Shown: positions 10,995 to 22,584 of the stretch, piece after piece | Layout: each line of letters opens with the position of its first letter | How positions within the stretch are numbered: position 1 is the first letter of the stretch | Source: Moniliella sp. 'wahieum' | Taxonomy: Eukaryota | DNA: 64,000 bases | NCBI GenBank assembly: GCA_003971905.1 | Contig: RSEE01000005.1 | Span: forward strand, 124,001-188,000 | Direction of reading: 5' to 3' | Position numbers and translations under genes: made by a program | Notes under the pieces: model-generated | Told to the model about the DNA's origin: nothing | What the model saw: only the letters and a program-made list of their open reading frames with translations | The model's database searches: none

Positions 10995-13900
10995 TCACTC
11001 CTCCTCGTCGACCTCGATCCGGGTGGCGAAGGAGTAAATGTCAGGGTCGCATCTTCGGACTTCTCATGGACGACGGTGAGGCGCTGCAAGTTGGTAAAGA
11101 AGTCTTCCAGGACCTCGTTCTTGGTCGAACGACCCGACGGCCCATACGGTTGATCCAGCCAATCTTGTTCAGCACGTAGTACACCACCGTGACGATAGTC
11201 ACACCAATGGATACGCCCAAACGCGCACAACAGTAACCACGTCGGTCCAGGTGTGTGCTTGTTGTGGCGCAAGCGGGGGAGTGAATGTACTCGGCAATTG
11301 GCCCGCCGAGCCAACCAAAGAGACAGAAGAGTCGTGGCCAACGCATCAACACCAGAATGGCCCCGACCAGCTCCCAGGATGGGATAGTGTTCTCATCCGC
11401 CGAGCCGGAACCAAGAGGGTGACAAAGATGAGCCAGTTCTCAGTAAGCGAGACTTCCAGGAAGAGGATGAGCTGCAGGTTACCAAAGTTTTGCACAATCC
11501 CACCGTCCGGAAGGAAAAGGGTACCACGAACAATCCACGTGCCGGCCGCAAGCAGGATGCCCAGATGGTGAGATGGTCCAGATCTTGGGCAGTTGCCACT
11601 CGACTGGCTCCTTGGCAGCGGGAGCATTGTCGTAGGCAATGGCGATCGTGGCCAAGTCGGCAAAGAGGGCGATAAAGACAATCAGGTCGGCACGGATCAC
11701 CTCGTCCCGGATGCAGATCGAGAGCAAGAGGTAGATTTCAAGGTGGAGACAGAGCGAGATACGGTACTGGATGTACGCCTTCATACGGTGGAAGATCTGA
11801 CGAGCAACCTTGATCGAGGTAATGATGGTCGACAGACCCTCGTCGAGGAACACCACGTCGGCTGCCGAGCGGGCAGCGTCCGATGCGCCCTCGACGGCGA
11901 TCCACAGTCTGCCTTCTTCAGCGACGGGGCGTCGTTCACACCGTCACCCGTCATGGCGACCAGGTGACCACGGTGCTGGAGCATCTCAACGACCTGGTAC
12001 TTGTGCTCGGGGAACACCTCGGCGAACCCGTCAGCAGCCTCAATAAAGTCGTGGATGGCCGAACCAGCCAGACCGCCAGATCCAATCAGACGCTGCGAGT
12101 CGTACACCTTGGTACCAAGCGAAAGCATCTTGCACGTTTCCTTGGCAATGGCCACCGCGTCACCCGTAAGCATCTTGACAGCAATCCCCAGGTTCTGGGC
12201 CTCGGCAATCGTCGCAGCCGTGTCACCACGAGGAGGGTCAAACATGGGCATGAGACCGAGGAGGTGCCACTCGCCATCGTTGATGGCAACCCGAGGGAAC
12301 GGAAACCACGAGAGGCAAAGTCGCCCGAGACCTTGCGGTACTGGGCAGCCTGCTCAGGGTCGGGTTGGCAGAGCTTGAGGATCGCGTTGGGGGCGCCCTT
12401 GGCGGCGATAAACTGCTTCCCATCCTTTTCCACCTCAGCGTGATGCGTTTGGAAACAGGGTCAAAGGGAGTGAAACGGTGGGTAATCCATCCGGACGCGA
12501 GCTCTTCCTGCGCACCGGGGGGTAGTCCTTAAGGGTGGAGATGGTGACCTTGTCAATGGGGTCGAGCGACTTGATGTTGTGGGACGAAGCGAGGGCAGCG
12601 ACAGCCATCATGAAGTTCACGTCCACACCCTCCGAGGTGAAAGGCTCGTGGATAGAGAGTTTGTTGGCAGTAGGGTACCCGTCTTGTCCGAGCATAGCAC
12701 GTCGACACCGGCCAACGACTCAATGGCGGTGAGCTTTTGAACGATAGCCTGACGCTTGGCGAGGTAGGCAGCGCCGACAGCCATGGTGGTGGTGGTGACG
12801 CAGGGCAGACCTACAGGAACACCGATGACAAGGAAGATCAGTGTAAGTGAGCAAGTTGTTCTCCTTGGGCTCAGCAATGCCAGTGTGGCGGAAGAAACCC
12901 GAGATCCAGAAACCGACAACAAAAGCCATGACCACACGAGCAACGCAGTGCCGATCGAGTCCATAACCTTTTGGAAGTGACCCTTGGAGGTACCGCCAAG
13001 CACAAGGGCAGCGGTGCGGCCCACAAACGTCTGCTTGGCAATGTCGGTCACCAGGACGTAACCCTTTCCACGCTTGCAGCCAGTGGTGTAGAAGACCGTG
13101 TCACCAATGTGCTTGTCGACGGCCAGCGACTCACCCGTAATGGCCGACTGGTCGCAGGCAATGATGGCCGGGCCTTGTCCACGCCCTCGTCATCATCCTC
13201 GTCATGAGCAGTAGCACGTGCCTTCTCAAGAATCGCAGCGGCCGCCGAACCATCCTTGTCATCATAGTCGGCCAAGAGACGGCCGTCGCAGGGAACCGTC
13301 TGACCGTCCTGAACCACGACAATGTCGCCGGGCACAACCTCCCGAGCCTCAATCTCAATCTCTTGACCGTTGCGAATTACAAAAGCGCGGAGAGCAATGC
13401 CAGCCTTGAGCTGGGCAACAATGTCGCCAGCCTGTTTCTCCTGGTACCAACCGACAAACGCATTGAGAGCCAAGATACCGCAGATAACACCCAGGTCGAT
13501 CCAGTCACGAAGACCACCAGCCAGCGCAACCGCCAACTCCATCACGTACAGAATGGGACCCTTGAAGAACCCAAGGAACTTGAGAAAGAGGTTCTCGGAC
13601 GGAGCCTCCAGCTCATTGTAACCAAACTGGGCACGCCGAGTGTGGACATCCGACTCGGACAGACCCTGCTGCATGACGTCTCCAGCCTATGAGATGCGTG
13701 AAAGCGGGATGTCAGTAATGTGAGGCCGAAAGGGATGGGGTGAGGTGTGGCAAAGGCAAAATGAGGGGACAGGGAACACGTACCAGCTGGCGGGGACCTT
13801 GGCAGCTACGGTCTCCTCCTCCCCGTCTTTGTTGACGCGGATCTCACGGACCTTCCAAGGGCGGAGGAGCTCGCGTTTGCGGACGATGGTAACACCGTCG

Positions 13901-14019
13901 ATTTCACCATCGTCGGCAGAAACAGACTTTTGGGCGCGAATAAAGTCGATGAGGGCGGCATATTCGTCGTTGACGTGGGCGCCGTAAGCGCCCTTGGCGT
14001 AGCCTGCGTCGTCGGACAT
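10995..14019 (-). CDS. PMA1: Plasma-membrane P3A-type H+-ATPase (intron ~13687-13783; frameshifted)
   Basis: [44 protein letters not shown] phosphorylation motif, [58 protein letters not shown]. Confidence 0.97.
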
Positions 14020-17000
14020 AGCGAAAGGGGGGAGGCCCGGCGGTCGGGTGGCTGGTGGAGGGAGGGGACGAAGGGGGGAAACGACAGGGAGCAGAAGGGA
14101 GGGTATGGCGGAAGCGGGGTGTGGGCGCAAGGGTTATATATACAACCTAACGCCGAGGAGAACCACTATTAGCTCCGAAGAGCGCACAGAGGAAGAAGAG
14201 GGCCGCGCACAGGCCCCATGAGTGCCCCCACGCTCTGCCGGCGGACATTGCCTGGGAGACACGGCGCCAGTATTGCGGTCGCAGCCGAAACGCTGCTGTG
14301 GAGAAGCGAGGGGTGCAGGGCCAGGGCGCTGCCGTGCGACGCGGAGCAGGCCGGAGGAGGCGCCGCCGGCCAGCAGCTCAAGCGGGAGGGGGTTCAGCTC
14401 GTGCAGCCGGCGCAGGCCGCTGGCAGGGGGCTGTATCCGCCACCGAAGACCCTGCGCACCGGGCAGCCGGTCTCAGGTCGCAGCACAGGCGCAGACTGGG
14501 AGCAGCAGATAGACTGCTCGTGTGCCTGCGCTTTGCATCGTCCCAGCCAGAAGGAAGGGAGTCGCTAGTTGCTAGTTGCGCCCCTGTCGCTGTCAGCCGC
14601 AGGACCAGTGGCTGCTCTCCTCGGTGCTGCTAGGCTCCGCTGCCGCCACCACACGCCGGGTACCGGTTGGGCCTTAGACTAGGCCTAGGCCTTAGGCCAG
14701 CTACTAGTTACCACGTGTCAGTTAGGCGTCTCTGCACGAGCCAGCTCGCGCTCGCGGATCGCCCTCCCCACATACACAGACGCCGTGCGGGCCGCCTGTC
14801 AATGCTGTTCACAGCACCACAGCGCACCTCAGGATATTCCTGCTGCCCCATTGCTCCCTTGGCCCATTAGGGTTGCCCTTGGCCGGGCTGCTTCGGCTGG
14901 ATCTGGACTGCTCCTGTCCCTTTGCCTTTGCCGGCCGGATGCATTCCCACGCCGGCCTCCCCCGACGCGCGCGTCGCTCACAAACGAGTGCTGACACGCC
15001 CTCGCCATACCGTCGCTGGAAGAACCTTGGTCCGATGGCACGACTGCCTTCCTCCGTCCTTCGTTCGCATAGATACGCCCCCGCCGATTGGTGCTATCAG
15101 AGGAGACAGTAAAACGCAGCCGTTGTGTGGAAACCACTGCAACGAAGGGCCAATAAGGATGCCTAATGCTAGGCGCGTTAACGTTACGCGCTATTGAGGG
15201 TCCTAGGCCCTGAGAACATCTGATGAGGGAAGAGAGGTACGTCCTTGGGCGTCTCTCCCACGGCCTGCTAACCAACGGCGAGTGGAAAAGATTTGATATG
15301 CGCGAGAGCGAGCAATCTATAGTGCGCAAGTCTGATGTCATATGCTACAGTCTTCGTAACACATGCCAAACAGCCTCAAACAAAACGATACAGGATCCAC
15401 ATTGAATATGGGGTGTAAGCGCGTGCGAGCCGCAAACGCCGCTATCTAGTACCTATCCCGGTATTTGGGTCTGCGGTCCCGGTATAGGGGAAGATAATGT
15501 GTGCATTAGGTACTAATTGTGGGTACAGGGCAAAGCCGCACATATTATCGCAAAGCAAAAGCAACCCGCATTTTCCCACAACCCCTCTTCCTGCAATACA
15601 TATACTGTTGGCGTCGTTTTGGATCGCGGCCCGACTTTGATATTCGTAACGGGGTAAGTGAGTTAAACCGGTTAAACTGTTAAACGTTAGAAGGTGGATG
15701 GGGTGCAGCCACAACACTATTGTCTTTCCACAGTCTGTATGCTCTCTCCTCGACGGATCGGCGTGCGGCATTGGGTCTTACCGCGGCGGGAGCCGTGGGT
15801 AGCTGGTGTAATGCTATGGCCGGAGGGGCGTCAAAAAGAGTCGGAATGGCAGTTTCCTTCCCATGGGAGTGTCTGTGTGGGGCGGCTGCGGCCTGGAGGG
15901 CTCTCACAGCGCCTGCTGGGACTAGACCCACATGTGGACACCGGTCACACATAGTCACCAGGTTTGCTGGGGCCTGATTTCTTGTTAGGGCTTGAGATCT
16001 GAGAGATCCAATATCTGCCAACCGTGCAATATGGCATGTTGACACATGCGACAGCGTGTGCTGCGCCCCTCTCTCGGCTGTAACATGTAACAAGATGTAG
16101 GGCACGGACTAGCGGTCCATGTACGAGATCATCATGCCCAGGTACGTGTGTGTAGGTACACTATTTATAAGAAAGAAGCTTATATATAGCTTTAGCGTTT
16201 TACCTTTTTTTAGAGTGTTACGTCGATGCCAGCACCGCGCGTCCTCGGGGCCAACGTGTGGTGTGCACGACATGCGGACAACAGACTCGGCCCACAACAG
16301 AAGACGTACTATATACATACAATCCTTTTCTTTGTCTATACGAGAGTAGCCACTCTGCCCTACTGAGGCCTGAGGCTGACAGACAGCCTGACCAGCGTAT
16401 TATATATAAGCATCACAGATCAGATCGAGCGGCTCGTGATGGCCAGCGGCACAAGCGCCTCTCGGTGGCTTTTGTCGATACATCCGAGAGATACTATCAT
16501 GTAGGCAAGAACCACGGGACGAAGGAACAACTGACAACAGATGGCGTCTGCCACTTGGTACTAGATAAATTGACTTTGTGTCGTCACCATGTCCCAGAGA
16601 TGTTTGGGACATTGGAAGTTATTAGTGAGCGGCGTTTAGATAGAGGCTGTTGAGGCTGAGACCGGAGGTCTGGCCTAATACCTAAAACTTGAGAAGTGGA
16701 AAGCGCACCGATGGTCATATTGACCCAGGATTCAGGGTGGCATCATTATGTGGAAAGAAGGGGCAGCCACCCAACCCACACACTCTAGCGGTGCCGCGGT
16801 GCCGCACTGCAGCGTCTAACTCCACCATATAAATAAGGAATCATCAAACCACAAACACTCTTGTCACGCGTCACGGGCGACGGTGGCGGGCCCGGCCGAG
16901 TCCGGCCGAGCCCATCCTCTCCCCTTGTCTCCCTTGCCACGGTTAGGTCCACTTCACGACGGAACAGTGAACTGTGGCTGGTCTGAGATCTGAATGTTGA

Positions 17001-17179
17001 GCAAACCTATGCGCTCCGTTGTGTTTTTAAACGGAGTATGCTCCCTTCGATCTAGGCACTGTGACCAGGATTTGTTAGAGGGTACTGCTAGGTTCTCCTG
17101 CGCGGCCCTCAATGGATCGGTGACGCTCGCCTAGCCGAGCGGAAGCGTTCCGCTCGCAGGCCGCGCACGCCCTGCTCGC

Positions 17180-17215
17180 TCCATCTCCCTTCTCTCTCTC
17201 CTTTCGCCTTCCCTT
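17180..17215 (+). promoter_or_regulatory. CT-rich tract typical of fungal transcription start regions, preceded by the hairpin/palindrome CGAGCGGAA-GCG-TTCCGCTCG (17136-17156)
   Basis: TCCATCTCCCTTCTCTCTCTCCTTTCGCCTTCCCTT lies directly before the structured region. Function is inferred only. Confidence 0.4.
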
Positions 17216-18617
17216 CAGACGTTGCTTGAAGACTTGTGGCTCACCACTTTGCCTTCACGCCTTGTCTGAAGGCTGCTTTGCAGCTGATCCATAGGATCGC
17301 GAGTGCTCCCAAGTCGCACTCTAGCAGGATTAATCCTTTTAGTGCGGCTGCGAGTCGATGATCGAGACCATCCGTACGTGGGCTTCAGAGTCCCTAATTT
17401 GGTCCTACCTCACAATTATTTGGTGTCTTTTTGGTCTTGGACGCAAGTGAGCTCTAAGTGGAGCATATTGAGCCTCCGGGTTTGGACGTCAGTCTCCTGG
17501 CCCGAGCGTCTCGTTTTCGTTGTGAGATCCTCCCCCCATGCCTCGCGCCTTTTGCGTTTCTAGCCGAGGGGGGAGAAGTTGCCCTTTACCATGGGCTTGG
17601 GCATTTGCTCCGACGGTGACCGGTCTCACGGTGACCGGGGGCTGGCTTCGCCGATTGTGGAGCCCTTCGAGCCTCACATAGTTCCGAGACTCTGCGGGCT
17701 CCGAAGACTAGTGATGCATGATGCAAGCGTAGCCACATTATCCCGCGGCTTAGTGGTCTTCTCCTGTCCTGCTGTTTACCACCAATGCATATTTCTCTGG
17801 CGCAATCGATCGGCTACGCTACTGTCCTATCCGCTTTAGCATCCATTGCGGCTTCCATATACCAGGGGCGTGGGTCCGGACGTCACTACACATTTCGGGT
17901 TTTGTCTATTCTCGTTTTCCGGGTTGAGTGTGGGTGCCTTTCCCTAAGATCAACTGTGCTCCTTAGTTCTGGGAGCCAATGCACTGATCTCGATTCCTTT
18001 CCCTTTCTTCGTTGTGTTGTTTATCGTCTGTCCATTATAGATCCTGCGTGGAAGCCCCTAGGCTTATTTGATCCTTGTTCCTTTCCCCCTAATGGCTCAT
18101 TTTGTCGTACTCGTCTTGTCCTTCGTCTATTACATCGTCTTCTTCGTCCCCATTTCGTCTCTTCATCTCGTCCTTCGTCCTTGACAGCGGCATTTTTGTC
18201 AATGCATGATCGTTGACCTCAACCACCGGAAAACACCCGCCTTACTCCTACTAGAATAGTTCACCAGCAGTCCCTTTGACGTGCTTTCAGTGACCACCTC
18301 TTGGTCTTTCCGTATATCCTTTCGACTGTCGAACGTCCATTGTCCATCTCATGCTTTCAGTCCCTTCTCTGTATAGAATCCGCGGCAATCCTACAAGTCT
18401 GTTGAGTTGGTCTGGGACAGGACCTGTCCTCCTTCAGTCTTTGCCTGCGTCACCTTCAGGCATTTGAGCCTATAGGCACGCTGCTAGTCTTGCTCGTTCC
18501 AGTGGATATACGCAACCTTTTGTCAGGCGAGCCAACTCCGACGCCCCAATTGAGAGGTCTGACCTCTTCGCCTCTGCTAAAGGATCTACCATCAGTAGGG
18601 ATCAAGCTCGATCAACC
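17200..18617 (+). ncRNA. Candidate large (~1.4 kb) structured non-coding RNA of unknown family
   Basis: No credible ORF. More than ten mutually compatible nested helices were found by eye, several with G-U pairs that work only on the + strand (details under findings). Confidence 0.55.
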
Positions 18618-18950
18618 GTGAGTGGCCTGCCCTCCTCCAAGGGAAGACTTCTTTAAAGGATACAACAACATGAGGGAAGAAACGCGAATTGACCGCGAGC
18701 AAGTGATAGGCACGTGAGATACCTGAGCTTCGTTAAAACAAGGGGCAATAAGAGAGGATAGAGAAGATACGCTGCGACGAGAAACGAGAGGCTAGTGCGA
18801 ATCACATCACAGAGGGCAGGTAAAAATGGTATTGCAGTGGCCATAGCACGCGGCCTAATGCGAGGATCATCCGAAGCAAACAAAACATACACAACCACTG
18901 CAGTCACGGGAAAGCGTGGTCCAACGGGGCTCAATGGTGGGCTCAATGGT

Positions 18951-20923
18951 TTAATCCTCCCTGCTGTTCAATCCGTTCCGGGAGGCGGGCGTGGAGGGTG
19001 GGCGGTTCCTGCAAAGTGTTGCTCGCCGCCGCCTGGACATGCGCAAGGGCCGCAGCAAGGGGATGGTGTTCGTGCATGGGGAACGAAGGGGGCACCGTGG
19101 CTTCCCATGCCGGTGGCGGGGTTTGGACCAGGTAGCCTTTCGTCTCGCCTCTCCGCGAACTTTTTCGACCCGCAGCTCAAATTGCAAGGCGCCCGCCGGG
19201 TCCAGTCGTACATCGCACCAATTCCGCGCTCCGATAATGTACTTGTCATTCTGTTTCTGGCCATCCAGACCTTCCTCAAACAAGCCCAGCATCGTCTCCT
19301 TGGTCCCAATGTAGAAGAGCGAGCGGTGTTTTTTGGCGGCAAGTTTGTTGAGGATGGTGATGAGCGCCGCGGGCGGAGGGGTATTGACAATGGCCGAGGT
19401 GATCATGGCGAGCATGTGTTTCGGGTCCTTGGGCGCATCCTGGTGCGTGTAGCCATAAAACAACCCTGCTCCCCCAGCGTGCACGTCGCCCGAGACAAAG
19501 GAGATGCGCAACGCACGGGCAGTAGCGAGGTGCTGCAAGTGCTCGACGAGCCAGTTGCGTTCGCGCTTGTGCGGAGCGGCACACCAATGGTCCCCCAGGT
19601 CGTCGAGAAGTTCGGGACGTTCGTCAAACGAGTTGGTAAACCCACTGCTGATGTCTTGGCCAACATTACCAATGGGTTGTGTGAGTTGGACAGCATCTTC
19701 TCGACAAACACCATGCGCGGGTACGCCACGGTACGCCGAGGAGTACCACAAGGTGGGTGACCGAGCTAGGGAGTTGTACAAGTTATACAGGACCTTGTGG
19801 TACGTTGCCTCGCTTACCACCGTGTTGACCGTCCGTTCAGCGCGACAGTCGAGAGAGAGGAGATACTGCTGGGGTCCCAGGTAGGTGAGGAAGGAGTGAC
19901 CGCGAGCACCCTTGATGAAGGAGGCGTCCACCGCACCAAAGATGATCGACTTGTTGGGATGAGTTACCTCGTCGGTGCCATCAACCTCGTCGACGAGGAA
20001 CTGCTGGAAGAGCAGGTACCACCAGTAGCCGCGGGTACCAATGTGGTTAAAGATGGGGGTGGTGGACCATTCGGTTTTCGTAGGTGCCAAAGCCATCGAT
20101 CAAGTCATGATCGTCGGTCATGTTGACCATGGGGATCTGGGCAATGGCACGGCTAAATGCACCCGTGGAGAACCACTCGGTATACCATTGGATCCAAAAC
20201 CGGTCTAGGCCGATGCGGATTTCCTCGGTCAGGGGCATGGCACCCCGCTCGTGGGCATTTTTGCTGTTATGCCAGGCTTGAAGCTCAGGCTCGCGGACCA
20301 TGCGGTCACAGTAGACTGGATCGACGGGTTAAGGTGGGCCGAGGGGAGCAAGAAAGGTGGATAGGACGTACTCTGATCGCCGCCTCCATTAAGCACGTGG
20401 AAAGGGTTGCGCTCGTGCTCGCGCAGCAGGTCGTCCCACACGGGGTTGGGGCCATTGAAGTCGTCGGGTTGACGGAGAGGGAGAAACCGTTGCAGGAGTA
20501 GGCAGCCCAGTGGAAGTTTTGCTGGGCACCGGGGACAGCAAAGGTGTAGGGACGGGTGGGGTCGACCGAGTCGGGCCGCTGCTGGGGCTTGGGGGCAACG
20601 CGGCCCGGGGAGATCTGGTAGGAGCAAAAGGTAGGGGTGGGGGCCATGGGGATCTCGAGCAGGAAGCGCCAGAAGGTCACGTCGCCGGCGGGCCCTGTGT
20701 AGTGATAGAGGGGTGTGGGATGGGCGACAGCGGTGTGGCCGTGGGCGGGGTCGAGGGGCGCGTTGGGCTGCGGGGCCACGGTCCAGACGAGTTCGGGGGC
20801 GAGGCCGGGGGTGGAGTGGGCATTGTCGACAGAGAGGAGGACAAAGATGCGGTAGGTGTTGCTGATGACAGTGTCGTACTTGAGCATGGGCCCAGCGGGC
20901 ACCTGCAGTGTGGGTGCGGCCAT
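18951..20923 (-). CDS. Fungal PhoD-like metallophosphatase family protein (intron ~20316-20371; frameshifted)
   Basis: GPMLKYDT, TFWRFLLEIP, WAAYSCNGFS, PFHVLNGGGDQ/IYCD, IPMVNMTDDHDLIDGFGTY, ELLDDLGDHW, ISFVSGDVH, MITSAIVNTPPP. Confidence 0.85.
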
Positions 20924-21496
20924 GGCGTCGGGGGCGGTGGCGCAGCGGGGCGGTGGGGATGCGCGATGGCTATTGAAACGAACAGGTGCGGCAAGCAGGC
21001 GGGTGCTCGTTCTCTGGTTGAGGCGCCAAGCACGGCAGGCCGACAGGCGCTGGCAGTCGGCGGCTGTCAGTAGATTGTCAGCATGCGGCCGCTGCTGCAC
21101 GGCGCGCGTCTCCCAGCACTCCGATCCCAGCTGAGCCTCAGCGCCCTCCGCGCTGCTTTTCAGTGCGCCGAGCTGCCGTGCCGATGCCGGCCGATGTATG
21201 CTGCTACTCCGCCGGTGCCCCGAGTACCAGTCGGCGTCACGAGCGTAACCCTACTGCTATCGGTCGTACGCTCAATCCTACGATCCCTGCGCTGCACCTT
21301 TTGCCCCACGGGCAGAGATCGTCCTTCATTCCGCCCTTCCCTCTCTTCCGCTCTCCATCAGCGCTCAATGCGCTCAATTCTCAATCCGACGAGCAAACCA
21401 CACCCAGCCGCTCAATTTTAATTACTTCTTGCCTGAGCTTCCGCATTCGAGCCCCCGTCTTCTTGTTCCCATGTCCCCCGCGCCGCTCCTGCCAGC

Positions 21497-22469
21497 ATGG
21501 GCGGCCTCATGCTGGGCGTGGGCGTAGACGTGCTGCAGCTCACACGCCTCCAGGCCCTGCTGCACCGCCACAGCGTTCGCATCGCCGCCAGCAGCCCCAC
21601 CGCTGTCCCCGAATTTCTCCGCCCCGGCCCCGTCCATGCCGCCCCGCCGTACACCCTAGCCGCAGCTGCCAAGCTGGCGCACCGCCTCATGGCCCCGGAA
21701 GAGCTCAAATCCTTCCTTGCTCGCTTGTACGGCGGGCCTCTTCGTCCTGATGGAAGCCCCATCATGCAGTCCCGTCCGCCCGTCCGCACGACCGCGTGGT
21801 GGACCCGGCGATTTTGCGTTCGCTTGCGCTTCGTTGGACCGCCAAGGAAGCCGCTTTCAAGGCCCTCCAGCCCCACTTCACCCTCCGCTGGTACGACCTC
21901 CAACTGACCAAGCACCGCTCTCTCTCCTCGCCGGGGCGTCTGGCCCGCCTCCAGCTGTCCGACGTGCCTGCCACCGCAGCCCACGGCGCCGGCCCCTTAC
22001 CCTGGGCGCTGCAGGACCGGCCCTGGGCAAAAACTTAAACGTTCGGAGCAAGCTGCCACGCCCGCGTTTGAGGAAGGAGCCCACGACTTTATTTTGCAGC
22101 GCGAGCAACAGGACAAGGAGGCCGGACTGCCATCCACGGAGAGAGTGGATGAAAGCCTGCCGTCTTCCAAGTCAGGCAAACCATTTTTGACCTTTACGCC
22201 AGTGTTCCATCGCCGATGGAGCGGGCGCGCTAGCCCGCGGGGGACCCCCTGACAAGCCCGCTGCGGCTGCCCCTTCGGGCGAGGGCACCCTGGACGACCC
22301 CCTGAGCGCGGCCAGGGATTTACCCCCCAGTCACGACCAGCGCATCCAACTTCACCTTTCCGTCACTCACGATGCCGGCCTGGTTCTGGCCCAGGTCACG
22401 GCCCAGTTGGTCCCGTTCAATGCCCCCCAGCCATGGGAGGTGGATGTACTGCGAAATGTGCGATTCTAA
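21497..22469 (+). CDS. PPT2: AcpS-type 4'-phosphopantetheinyl transferase (mitochondrial Ppt2-like) with long insertions
   Basis: LGVGVDVLQLTR, LALRWTAKEAAFKAL and the C-terminal LHLSVTHDAGLVLAQV. Confidence 0.82.
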
Positions 22470-22584
22470 AGGCATTCTACAAGACGCTGATCTTGATGAG
22501 GAGGGTACAGCTGGGTTATCACATACATGCACATACGCTCCTAGGTTCAGGTTAAGCATCGAGATAGGAGTCGCAGTTGTGTGC

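Noticed and set aside
14218..14633. GC-rich ORFs of ~100-116 aa upstream of PMA1
   Set aside because: No recognisable domain and several overlapping frames are equally open; more likely promoter DNA.
14835..14875. ATATTCCTG (snR30/U17 m1-like) and TTAGGGTT (telomerase template-like on the minus strand)
   Set aside because: No m2/ACA partner or supporting structure nearby; isolated short matches in promoter DNA.
15220..15290. CTGATGA followed by a stem, like a hammerhead ribozyme core
   Set aside because: No GAAA directly after the stem and no stems I/III; the segment reads better as an intron.
15000..17100. Possible transposon relic in the lower-GC intergenic region
   Set aside because: No terminal repeats, target-site duplication or transposase/RT-like peptide could be seen.
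17286..17392. CCATAGGATC ... GATGA ... CAGAGT spaced somewhat like U3 snoRNA boxes
   Set aside because: The box A continuation (ATTTCTATAG) and box B (AGAGYGAG) are missing.
17936..17958. GCCTTTCCCTAAGATCAACTGTG resembles the U2 snRNA 5' region
   Set aside because: It lacks the invariant GTAGTA branch-pairing sequence and the stem I complementarity.
18795..19760. Long ORFs such as 18795..19760(+), 33704..34669(-), 35244..36359(+), 36410..37240(+) and 23390..24307(+)
   Set aside because: They are antisense or alternate-frame shadows of recognised genes in GC-rich DNA and carry no motifs of their own.
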